The translations under genes and the position numbers were made by a program. Source: Ophelia neglecta (lineage: Eukaryota). From it: DNA of 64,000 nt. The stretch's first letter is position 1. Every line of letters starts with the position of its first letter. A model generated the notes under the pieces. That model was given only the letters and a program-made list of their open reading frames with translations. It had not been told where the DNA came from and ran no database searches. Location of the stretch: contig OZ260664.1 in NCBI GenBank assembly GCA_965285935.1, forward strand, positions 22,444,001-22,508,000. The letters run 5' to 3'. Shown piece after piece: positions 12,947-24,415 of this stretch.

Positions 12947-15245
12947 GTATGAATACGATATACTACCTAGTCTTCTTGTATGTCGTTCTGAACATGGGTT
13001 GTTTAAAGTTTACTGCTAATATAAATTCGACTTGACCTGGCATTGCATAATACGCAGACGATCGTTTTAGCGATCGGCTGCCATGAGGTGTAAGTTCGAA
13101 CGTTCATGCTTGTTAATTCGGGCACGAATTTTGACCCTTTATAATTCATCAAATGACACTTTTTTACTATCGGATGTTGTGAGAGTGGTTGCATTTGCTT
13201 ACATGTCGGGTGTAAGGAATTCGCGCACCAAATTTTAAGTGTTTTACCTTGTTGTGTGCGAACTTACACCGTTACACGGCCATATTGCGCGAGCTTACAC
13301 GGCGATATTGCGCGAAATAACAAGAAGACTGCGCAAACTAACACTTGCATTTCGCTATAACCTTTGAATTGTGCTTATCTGTTATAAAATTGTAGCTTAG
13401 CAAAAACTGATAGGTGAATTCAGTACAATAGCTAAGTTGTTATTATTTCCATTTAATTCATTTCTCCTAAGTTTAAAAGTTACTGTCTGACAGTTTTAAT
13501 GGTACGGAAACTTACAAAGCCGGGTGTGCGAACTAACAAGGATGGGTGCGCGAACTTACAACCATAAAGTACGTCTCAATTAAACACTTTTGCGAGTTTG
13601 TTTGTGCACTTAAATCATGTTTTCCAAAACACGAATTTACACCTGCGCAAATATTTTAAACGTAACAATACAAAAAACAGGAAAACAATGAAACAGATTT
13701 CACGTACAAAATCCGACAATCAAAAGTAAATAAAAAGGTGTATTTAGATCAAAACTCAGCATAATGAATAGGCCTATGGCTACCAGGAAGAGCGACTTAA
13801 TTCTACTCAGTCAGATACTGAACTCTAGTCAGGTTAACCCTGAGTCTACTCAGATTATCGAAGCCGACTTGAGTATGCTGATTACGTGGTTTGGTGAACA
13901 TCTTTTGACAGAAGTTTCAAGCCATAAGGCAATTACACTCAATAACTTTGAGAAGCATAAAGGGTCGACAGGCAGGTGCTTCTCCAGCCAAAAAACACGA
14001 AAAACCTGTTGCTAGGCTGTTGAGAAAGAACATAAAACTGGGAAAATCACACCTCTTACGCTCTCTATCAGTGAGGGCACTTTGTTCAACTCAAAGATGA
14101 GAGGCATCCATGACTTGAATCTCACGGGAGTGCGAGAGTTCGCCAACTGGAACTGATTGGTCCCCAGCAAGGCTTATTGGTAACTGTTATAGCAATAAAC
14201 CAGCATGACCATGGCAGCTGAACTTACCGTACTGGCACTCGTATGACGAACACGATAGTTCAAGAGGAGCAAAGAACATGCCGTCATAAAAAAGAAAGGT
14301 CGAATTTAGTGCTCCTTTAGTTCTTTGTTAATTTTAGTTTACCCATTGATATGATGAAACACCCTGATGAGTTTAGACGTTCAAAAAATGAACACCACCC
14401 TCTCCGAGTGCAATGCCTGGCACTTAAACGTCCTGAAAATAAGTGCTTTTGACCTCGCTCCTGCTGATCTGTCGCTCAGATGATTCTTCCGATTTTCAAG
14501 TTTGAGCATTTCTGACAACACCAGCGCGTTTTTTCTATCATATCATACTTTAGTATAAACATACATGTTTTCCTACTCTTTGGAACAGTTTGCCTACGGG
14601 AACCGCCCTACAGACGAACTCGTCACCACCTGCTACGCCCAAGACCCAGAGAAGGTGGATTTAATAAATTTAAGTAGAATTTATCTCCAGGGGCTTGAAA
14701 TTTCAGATAAATAGAATTTGAGAAAAAGGTCAGACCTTCCGGAAAAAGCACCAGTTTATAGTACGAACTCTACATCAAACCGTAGAAAAGTTAGTTTGCT
14801 TTTTTTCGTTTCTGTCACATACATATAGAAAGGAACGAACATAATTTTATTCTGAAATTTCAAACCCTTGCTTAAAAAAGTACATAATACTCCCATGTAT
14901 TATATCAATTGAGAGGAAAAAAATACAATTTAGTAAAAAACTCATCAAGGTGAAAAGCAACCAATATTTCTTTATTTTATTAACTTAAAAAGCAACAAAT
15001 TTTCCCGAGCTTTTCCACATTAACCTTGACCGAATTAATAGGGATACATTCATGTTATCCTACATGTTGCTAACAACTTGATATTGCCCTATCAATGATT
15101 AGGCCTGGGGCCTACTAAAATCGTTTTTTTTTCGGTCTAAAATAGGCCTGCAATCGAATGCGATGACATTGCAAAATTATGTTTCATGGGGCTCATATAC
15201 GCTCTCATTATTGTAGCTCCTTAATTAATACGAACGAATATACTA

Positions 15246-15423
15246 CAGTGGAACCTGCTTTAAAGACCACCTCTATAATCAGACCGCCTGTCAATTCAGA
15301 CCACTAATATGAGGCCTGTGCTGTATACTTTCAAAGTTAAATAACCTGTTTAAACAGACCATCTCTGAAATCAGACCAGTATTTTCCAGTCGCTTTGGTG
15401 GTCTTAATTCACAGGTTTCACCG
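15246..15423. mobile_element. Tc1/mariner (pogo/Tigger-like) MITE, full length
   Basis: TA|CAGTGGAACCTG...CAGGTTTCACCG|TA with TA duplication and internal AGACCA repeats. Same family recurs at 42392 and 45638. Confidence 0.85.
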
Positions 15424-15719
15424 TAAATTTATTCACTTTGTAGGTAAAAGTTATAGAACTCAAACCTATTTGGCCCATCAGTCGTATAACACACTGGCTT
15501 GTTAGTAAAGCTAATGCATTAATCGACTGTAGACTTTGAATGGACCTTTGTTTGTTATGTAGGCCTATGTCGTCTGCTATTTACATTGTATGTTGTATGC
15601 GTGTGTATGTACAAAGGACCACGCATGTTGTTGAGATAAGTGGGTGAGATTACAACAATGGTGTAGACAGATCTAGCCGTTTCTTGCACGATCAAACCTA
15701 TCGCCTGCTAGATATCAAC

Positions 15720-15801
15720 GGTAGCGTGGCCGAGCGGTCTAAGGCGCTGGTTTTAGGCACCAGTCTCTTCGGAGGCGTGGGTTCGAATCCCACCGCTGCC
15801 A
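15720..15801 (+). tRNA. tRNA-Leu (anticodon TAG)
   Basis: 82-nt cloverleaf: acceptor GGTAGCG/CGCTGCC, A-box TGGCCGAGCGG, anticodon stem CTGGT/ACCAG with loop TTTAGGC, long variable arm, GGTTCGAATCC, Pol III terminator TTTTT at 15806-15810. Confidence 0.97.
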
Positions 15802-16575
15802 CAAATTTTTACTGAAATAAACTTAATACTGTTTCATGAAATAATGAAGTTTCGATGCCCACTATTTTTATTGTCTTTGATATGACAAAAAAAGCAATGT
15901 ACGGTTCTTAATGATTAATTTTGCCTATCGAAACCTGTGTGTTCGAAGAAGGGTTACACTAATTCAACTAAGACCTCTTCCTTTAAAATTCTACTTTCCT
16001 TAATTCTATTCAATTAAAAATTAAAAACAATTAATTCAATTCAAAAGGTAAACAGTGATAAGCCTAAGTGGATATGAGGATGGCTCTTGTTCCACAATTC
16101 ACATGATAATATCTAAATAATAACGATTGAAGAACTTAAAATCCATACACCTGTTTTAATAAAGGTGCCAAAATATAATAGGTCATCCTAGATATGCTGG
16201 AAGACAAGTTCAAAGCTCCCTACAGTGACCGTTTAAAAAAAGATCAATTTGCAATAATGGTACTGGGAGCAACAGTAAGGAAAAATACGGTTCACAGGTC
16301 GTTCCCAGATATCACAAGAAATTATGTTTCCAACATATTCTTGCATGCCAAATTGCCCTGCAAAATATTAGCATATGTTGTAGAATGAGTGTTTCAAATA
16401 CCGCCGTTCGTCCTTTGAACAATTATCACACTTAACCACCAATCTCCATGTCATATTCTCTAAATTAATTGTCCAAGATAATAGGTAACAGACTTATTAT
16501 CTCGGGGACGTGCTTCTCTTTCGAGTATTACCAGAACTCTTACCCTCAAACTTCGTAATAATCGATCTATTTATT

Positions 16576-17648
16576 GAGAAGAAGCGCCAATTGAATACTA
16601 ATTAGACAAAGACCTACACTAATTTATCGAAACGCAAAAGGAAGTTTAAATATTTAGACAGGGATGTAATTGGATCGTAAAGTGTTATACCGACGCAATG
16701 CTGAATAGTGATTATAACAGGGATGTCTCATTTAGAAATATAGGGGAGAGATGGATATTTTACCCCCCCCCCCCCCCCAACACACACACACCCACACACA
16801 CACACTCTGTCTTGTCTGTCCCCTACTAAATCAAAAAGGCCTTTATTCTCTCTTCCTCTCTACCCCTTCCCTACCTTGCAAGCCTCATATATTTTCCTTT
16901 CTTCTACCCCCCCCCCCCTCTCCCCCTCCGCACATTTTAATAGGATAGACCTGCATTTCCCCATGATCCAACTTTCAGTCCATCCCATTTTGAAAATAAT
17001 ATTCGTTCCTTGAAATCGATCAGTTCATTTTACACTGGCGTTGAAAAAGCCAAGTTAACTTTCGGAGTTCTTTCATATACATTCAACAACTCAGGAAACT
17101 TTTTGACTTTGAGAAGAAGCGCCAATTGAATACTAATTAGACAAAGACCTACACTAATTTATCGAAACGCAAAAGGAAGTTTAAATATTTAGACATGGAT
17201 GTAATTGGATCGTAAAGTGTTATACCGACGCAATGCTGAATAGTGATTATAACAGGGATGTCTCATTTAGAAATATAGGGGAGAGATGGATATTTTACCC
17301 CCCCCCCCCCCCTCCCAACACACACACACCCACACACACACACTCTGTCTTGTCTGTCCCCTACTAAATCAAAAAGGCCTTTATTCTCTCTTCCTCTCTA
17401 CCCCTTCCCTACCTTGCAAGCCTCATATATTTTCCTTTCTTCTACCCCCCCCCCCTCTCCCCCTCCGCACATTTTATTAGGATAGACCTGCATTTCCCCA
17501 TGATCCAACTTTCAGCCCATCCCATTTTGAAAATAACATTCCTTCCTTGATATCGATCAGTTCATTTTACACTGGCGTTGAAAAAGCCAAGTTAACTTTC
17601 GGAGTTCTTTCATATACATTCAACAACTCAGGAAACTTTTTGACTTTG
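16576..17648 (+). repeat. Tandem direct duplication (unit ~535 bp) of the putative promoter and 5' UTR exon of cluster gene 1
   Basis: 16576-17110 and 17111-17648 are near-identical (a few substitutions and poly-C length changes). Only the second copy is followed by the donor GTAAGC (17649). Confidence 0.93.
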
Positions 17649-17803
17649 GTAAGCCTTTACTTTATAAACATAATTCTTCTCAATTTTATGAATAAATGTT
17701 GCATGCACAGTATTTGGCCATCCCCTTCTCCAAATTGTTTTTCATAATGCATTATGTGTTTATATTATATTGTGTGTTCTCAGGTTGTTAACTGGTTGAT
17801 AAA

Positions 17804-18448
17804 ATGGCGGCGGTTTTGGCAAATACTGAAGTATGCATTAAGGAAAGTAAGACGACAACGGTGAAATTGGGAAACCCATTGGCATGTCTGATGTACTATT
17901 TGAACGTTGTCGATACACTTTTGGATCTTAGCGGTTTGGATGGCATCGAGAAGTTAACGGACCACGACAATTATAATCGACTCTCTGCAGCAGAAAAAAA
18001 AGAATTGATAGCATATTGTCTTCTTTTGAGTCCTGATAAGTTAACTGGCCAATGTATGTTCCAAAATGACCAAATGTGTGGCTATGGCAGTAACAACAAT
18101 TTTTACGAGATTCAATCTGTTAAATCGACGTTGGCTGTCACCGAGTCCATGGTCATTGGTGGCCAGACGAGACATGTCAAAAAGATCATGACTTACAAGA
18201 AAACATGGCTTCAGAATTTTTACTACGAGCCCCTAGCGACGATGACTTCCGATCAGATAACAGAACCGCAGCAGGTGAACGTGGTCATTGAAAGCACGCC
18301 TTCCTATCGATACGTCCACCAGCCACCGCCACGCGGCTACTGGTACAGGTGTTGTTGTTGTATTTGGAAAAGCAAATGCGGAAAAATAGTAATATTTGGT
18401 GGTATATTGGCCTTCATTCTTATCGTCATTGTGCCAAAATTTTTTTAA
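17804..18448 (+). CDS. Uncharacterised Cys-rich tail-anchored membrane protein, paralog 1 (214 aa)
   Basis: Intact ORF with AAAATGG start. Probable 5' UTR intron 17649-17783. Clear homology to the next two ORFs (NPxAxLMxYL, LSP, CxFxxDxxCG, NxFxE, IGGxxRxVxxIM, WL). C-terminal Cys cluster plus hydrophobic helix. Confidence 0.9.
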   Translation: MAAVLANTEVCIKESKTTTVKLGNPLACLMYYLNVVDTLLDLSGLDGIEKLTDHDNYNRLSAAEKKELIAYCLLLSPDKLTGQCMFQNDQMCGYGSNNNFYEIQSVKSTLAVTESMVIGGQTRHVKKIMTYKKTWLQNFYYEPLATMTSDQITEPQQVNVVIESTPSYRYVHQPPPRGYWYRCCCCIWKSKCGKIVIFGGILAFILIVIVPKFF

Positions 18449-20703
18449 TAAGATTGACAAACGTTATCGACGGATCGTATAGTGAGAAGTATTGGAGGTA
18501 AAACCAAATATGCAAATGTGTCCTGCAATGAGACCAAAAGTTACTGAAACTACTCTATGAATATATAACCACGAATTATCGCAAAATACATTATTTTTGA
18601 ACATTTGATAGAAAATGACATTAAATAACTCCGCAACCAAGTCTAAAAATCCATAGGTCTTAATCGTTCAACGGACATCTGTGCAGTCTGTTATCTCGGC
18701 TGTGTGTGTATCTGAACACTGTTCTGCTAACAAATGTCACTTGAATAAATTACTTAACCAATCAACTACTAGTGCATGTATACCTTATAAATATCAAATG
18801 TCTATTTGGATTACAGCAGGTTGTAAAATAACTCAAATAAATCATAAATCACTTTGTGTACTTTAATTGTTCGGTTTGTTCCAATAGTACTCCGATAGTT
18901 GGTTGCTAAGTACGCCTGTCTGACATGTTGTATTTATGATACAAACTTAAGTTTTCAGGCTGATTGGAAAATAAAACTTGTATTTTTGTGTTAGTAGGAA
19001 AAACACGTTCGATATCAAAACAGGCATGATCTTATCAGCATAATTATCAGATTACTCGATTAATTGCCTTAACTGTTAGGTAACGTTCTTAATGAATGCC
19101 AGGGGAGTTGATTTCGCAAAATAAACACACGATACAGATGATATGCCCTTGCTCCTACCCCCCCCCCCCCCATCAAATGTCAGGTACAAAGTTGTTGAGC
19201 CCCCCCCCCCCCCTAGCCTTCTCCTAATTGAATATTTCTTATCAAACTAAGCTATACATGGTTATCAAGGAAATACAGGAATTTAGGCAACTAAATGGTA
19301 GATTATGAAATAATATTTGTCAAATTGTGAAACGTGCTCAATGAATTTTCATTTCCTTCTGCCTAGCTGCTCTAATAATGTCTCATCAAGTGGTCTGTCG
19401 AAATAATTTTTTCTATCGGAAATACTAGCGGGAATACTCATTTATCATGTATTTTAGATATTTGGGAGTTGTCTTGGATGAATTTTTGTCGCGGGAATAG
19501 CATGTTGCTGGACTAGCATTGATGATTTCGCCTAAAATATCTTTGTTAGTTCGCTTGCAGTATAAGGTAAATAAATTGTTGATAGTTTACACAACGCTTC
19601 AGACCCTTGGTCAATGCAGGTATTATTTTACCGCCATTTAAACATTGACACCTTATAATGGCCAAGCGCAGACGACTTTGAATGATCGTTTGTTAAACAC
19701 TAGTTAGCGAACATCACACTCGGGACTCACGCGTAATGGGTCGTCTCATATTCTTGTTACTTTTCTATCTTTTAATACCTTCGGTAAGGCCCAGCGGTGT
19801 CCAGAATATGCCCATTTTTGCACTGTAGGCAAGCCATAGATGTAGAGGTGATAATTTTTACGTTTTTTTAGTCTTTAATAAATTCCTTACTCAAAAGGAT
19901 ACAGCTGAGTGTGGTCTATGCACAAAGGAAATGTGGCTTGCAAGCAGAAAAAAGCAGGCGTCCCCAAGATAATGCTTTATAGATTTATTTCTGGCCGGAC
20001 AAGGAGTAACATTAGAAAATTTAAAAAAATGTATACAAGGAAGAATAAAAACAATGGGAGGGAAAACTTGATACATGTATAATGTTTTTATAAATGCCAG
20101 TACTTGATAGATAACATTGTCCTATACGTGTATGGTGGGCCTGAAAAGTATTTACTTCCTTCATTGAAATGTTGCACTAAGAGCTGGGAAACTGACTATC
20201 GGAAAATAACAAATTTTAATAAGAAATTAATTGGTGTATGAAAAGGAAAGACAAGTATAGAGAAGGGTACATCATAAAGATCTCAAGAGCACTTACTTTA
20301 CTGAGTAATATAACCCTCCCAACTGGTACTCGAACTGAATCCTGCCTGCTATCATTACGACCTAATAGGCAGGACAGCTTGGGGACTAAAATCAAGGCAG
20401 ACAAAAATTACTAGGACACCGATTTTGATAAATATATCAACAGACCACTCACCAGGTAAGGCACAATCGGATAATCAACTGTGAATTTAAAGAAAATACA
20501 TCGGCATCTTTACCATAGGAAATTAAGTTGGTAAATTTTCAGTTAAGATATCATAGCATACGAAGGTATAATTACTTCATAACCAAGTTTAATTGTAACA
20601 TTTGTCATTAACTCATAGTATTTAAAACTGGAACATTATTTTCGAATGTCACATACACGAAAAAAATAAACCTCTTTTTCTTCCACTTTCCAGAGGGTTA
20701 AAG

Positions 20704-21402
20704 ATGGCGGCCGTATTGGGACGAAGAGATATAAGCTTGCAAGATGTCACGACAGCGACATCTGTCGCAGAAAATCCTAAGGCACGCTTGATGTTTTATT
20801 TATACTGCGTAAGTCGCTGTCTCCCGGGCCTTGAAGACATGGAGGGGATTAAGAAATTTTCAGACTATAAGAAATACTACTCCTTCCCTGAAGAGGAAAC
20901 CAAAGCGTTGATCGGTCTTTGCTTTATCCTAAGTCCGAAAGAAGTGATTGATAAATGCTTTTTTCAAAGTGATGCCTTGTGTGGCGATATGAGTAACAAG
21001 TTTTACGAGCTAGAGTATGCTCAAACCGTATTAGCAGTTTCGGACACCATTTTGATTGGGGGCAACTTACGACAGGTTAGGAAAATTATGACATACAAAG
21101 AATCGTGGTTGCAAAAGAACTACTTCCGGCCGATAGCGACTTTACACTCTCAGATTGAAAGCAGACGACACCATGATGTTACCATAGAGATAGTGGCGCC
21201 AGGTCGGGTGGTCACTCAGCCGACATCGCACGGATGTTGCTACAGATGTTGTCGTGGCTGTTGTAGGTGTTGCGGGTCAGTTGTCCAATACCTGATAAAG
21301 ATCGGGCCTTGTGGTTGTGTTTGTCTGATTTGTATCGGTTTCATCGTTATCGATGTTATTGTGGGAACGATACTCTTTTTAATGGGCTTATTTTCTGATT
21401 AG
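20704..21402 (+). CDS. Uncharacterised Cys-rich tail-anchored membrane protein, paralog 2 (232 aa)
   Basis: Intact ORF. Probable 5' UTR intron 20456-20693 (CAG|GTAAGG...TTTCCAG|). About 66% identical to paralog 3 without gaps (hand count 153/232). Confidence 0.92.
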   Translation: MAAVLGRRDISLQDVTTATSVAENPKARLMFYLYCVSRCLPGLEDMEGIKKFSDYKKYYSFPEEETKALIGLCFILSPKEVIDKCFFQSDALCGDMSNKFYELEYAQTVLAVSDTILIGGNLRQVRKIMTYKESWLQKNYFRPIATLHSQIESRRHHDVTIEIVAPGRVVTQPTSHGCCYRCCRGCCRCCGSVVQYLIKIGPCGCVCLICIGFIVIDVIVGTILFLMGLFSD

Positions 21403-22479
21403 ACATTTAAGTACGTACATGACTTACACAATGGCCCAGTCCTGGAATACCACTATTTAGGCTAAAACAAATTTATTATTTGTATTTTTGGATGATTAAT
21501 TCGTATATATCTTCGGACAGCATTCTTCTTGAAAAATACAATGTTTAAGTTATAAATGGTGTTAAAAGTGCTTAAGACTTTCTCAATAATTGTATAGCAA
21601 ATACATATTACATTTCATGATTTGAATCCTGCATTATCGATATTTTAATCAGTTATTCTGACACATACACACAATAAATTGAATCTAAAGCCTAAACAAT
21701 TTAGGATTTTCTGTTTTCATTATCAATAAATACTTGTTTCTCACACATTTTCTTCTGTTACCGTTGGGCTGTTATAAGAGTTGTACAAAGCGAGTCATGG
21801 TCGGTCTTCACTTTCCATGCACCCAGCACGATAACGTTGCTCAGATAAAACACTAGGCCCACAGTGAAGGGTTGTCGGTCCGATCCACATTGCTCGCGAT
21901 GCTTTTGTATTATGCTTATTAATGTAATATTGCAAATGAGAGTTCAAGTGTACCATTGGTGTTGGGGGGGGGGGGGGCAGATGCCTTGTTGAAGACGTAT
22001 TTTCTGACTAAGCCATTTCGTAACAAACACTCCCAGAGCTATCGAAAATTCGCTAAGTTTTCTTTTATTGTAGCTAATTAATATTCTAAATAAAAGTAAT
22101 ATGGTTCAGTAAGTAATGAGACGATGTGTGTTTATTTAAGGTGAGCGAATAGTGACTGTCAAATGGGTTCCATCCAAGCTATTCAAATATAGGTCGGGAG
22201 GAATATGAATTCAAAGAATTTATTCAAGGGCATATGCAGAATTCTATCTAGTAAATGAAATTAAAAGAACCGTTTATTCAGAGTTATGTTTCCAGCTTAA
22301 ATTGAAATCTCTATCTTTTTGTGACCTGTAAATAAACCCATACTTTATTCAATATTCTACAAAGAGCTCCAAGAAGATAATTTTTATTAAACCTAAACGT
22401 ATTTGTCTGGTATATCTAATAATTTGTGCTTGATCTATTTTCGGTGATTAGGGATCAAACTAAACTATTAAATATCACG

Positions 22480-23905
22480 TGTTTCATCATAACACAACTC
22501 ATACTAGACGACTATCAATAGACTTGGCAGATACTTCAGTAAAGGGTTCCAGAACAGCCTTTGTTGGCACTGTTGACTGTGATGGGGTTGTTCTTGCCAT
22601 TCGCTTCTTCACCACGATGGTCTTTCATAACTGTTGGTAGGCCATGGCAATGATTTTCCCATTCATTCTATCAACTCTCACCTTGGACTCTCCAAGTCTT
22701 TGGCATTGCTACTCTTTAATGCCATCCCCGGACGTGACACGACACCACAGTTCATCGGATGTGACAAGAAAACTGCTTCGGCATCTTGGGAAACCAACCC
22801 AGGTTTCACCTTCACCCTCGAGAAGCCAGAACTATGTATGGAATAATTTACAATTAGAGGTGTGGCTTGGCTTAGATCAATGGAGCCCGACACCGACTTT
22901 TACTGGCGCTACAAACAAGCTAGAGAACATACTACCCATTTAGACAGCACTATTCGAGCACACAAATAGTGCACTGCTTCAGACAAGCTTTTATGGAATC
23001 ACTGAAGCATAGCATGCCAGGAAATCACCAACTTCAGCGAATGGTGCTGACAAAGGGATGACAATGGTAACTGATTAACATTGTAGCCATCACTCCAAAA
23101 GCTAGTAAAAATAAGGCACGTTCAGTGCTGCACTAAGGCTGTGAGGGATCTGGAACAGGAAACTGAAATGCAGCAGACCTGGAGTCCCGTGCAAAGGATT
23201 GGGGAAATGTGAATGTGGGTGTGATGAGTGACATTTCCTCATAGTTGCTATGAGACTGGTGCTTAGCACTCTTGTCACACTCTTGAGATTGCATTCTCAT
23301 ACGTGGTAACATTTGTGCTGCTCAAATCAAAAGGCAAAAGAAATGCGTCCTTGAAAATATCTGAAAATGTTTCTCATTGCGGTTTGCGAGCGGAAGAATA
23401 ATGTATGTATTGACGTATGTTTGCCAGTGGCTGCTGGATCCTGATTAGCTCGGACCAATTTGGAGGACTAATATTGATTAACGATTTGGGCCTGTCTGCC
23501 GCGTATGCACTCCCCTTTTTCTTATTTTTTCTTATTGTGAACTCTAGTATGATTTGAAATTATCCGAGAAATAAGACTGATTTAAAATGCCGCATTTCTA
23601 ACCATAAAATCAACTAAATAGTGTTTATATGGCCCTGAGGTGCTAAAAGAGGAGAGTTCAAATTTGGAATCCTTGTGGTTAAACAAGTGCTTTCGTTCAT
23701 GATCCTACGTATTTTGGTTAGTAAGTTATGAGAAAATCACATATCGGCTGGCGGCCATCTTCGATTTGTCCAATATTACGGCCACCGGGAGCACTGTTCT
23801 TGGTGCCCTCACAAAACACAAAGACTATGCTCTGAACTACCTCTGGGTCAAAGTTCATGCTTGTCGACAAACCTACGCGACCCCCCCCCCCATCCCCGTT
23901 AACAA
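22480..23905 (+). mobile_element. Degenerate Academ (AcademX-like) DNA transposon relic: XPG/FEN1-like nuclease C-terminus, Cys-rich finger and probable 3' terminal region
   Basis: Broken translation gives VGTVDCDGVVLA (cf. VRTVDTDVVVLA), PIHSINSHLGLSKSLALLLFNAIPGRDTTPQFIGCDKKTA (cf. HALTGCDTTSxFxGxGKK), LENILPI*TALFEHTNSALLQ (cf. LPPTxxALxxHxxRAxxQ), EWC* (cf. xWGW), then a Cys-rich tail near 23130-23220. Many stops and frameshifts; boundaries approximate. Confidence 0.7.
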
Positions 23906-24415
23906 AGTTTTCCTTGTGACTTACTGGGAAGACAAGGAGGAAGAATAATCACAAATATCAGTAGATCATTCAGGACTTAATGTGACTGCGAAAGAAGAAC
24001 AAAGTAGAAACTAGAAAACTGGAACATGACCCTCTAGAACTTCTTATCAGTAAACAAGGCAAGTGTGCTTATCTATATTGATGAAATTAACTGTTCATCA
24101 TATGTTGAAACAGTTCCAAGGTGTCATTTGCGCGCAACAGGTCGACAATTGGAGCGGTTTACAGCAATCGGTAAGTATGGAATTTTGAATTGTCTATTTT
24201 AAACCAGGTAAATTTATACATTAATAATATGTCATTGGAGAAGATGGTTATGTTCACGGCATAAAAAATTGTGAATTTGTCATCGATACAACAAATTATG
24301 TGAGGAATTCGTCTCAAATATATTTATTCACATAACTTAAACGGTCTCTAAGTTATGTGAAGTAGTTTTCTTGTTTCATGGGAAATTTTTTCGTGTGTGT
24401 GTTTCAGTGTCGAAA

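Larger units (their letters stand above)
10670..13563. mobile_element. Degenerate foldback-like element with modular subterminal repeats, interrupted by the hAT insertion
   Basis: TTCGCGCAC-type motifs at ~10680, ~10698, ~13118 and ~13220. Reverse-orientation GTGCGCGAACTTAC-type motifs about six times between 13255 and 13560. Termini and TSD not resolved. Confidence 0.4.

Noticed and set aside
16751-17480. Two near-identical 64-65 aa ORFs (MDILPPPP...)
   Set aside because: Translation of poly-C and CA tracts in the duplicated promoter unit.
24371-24415. 15-aa N-terminal extension of paralog 3 in the ORF track
   Set aside because: Starts at TTG inside the intron upstream of the acceptor at 24407. 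The paralogs start at MAAV.
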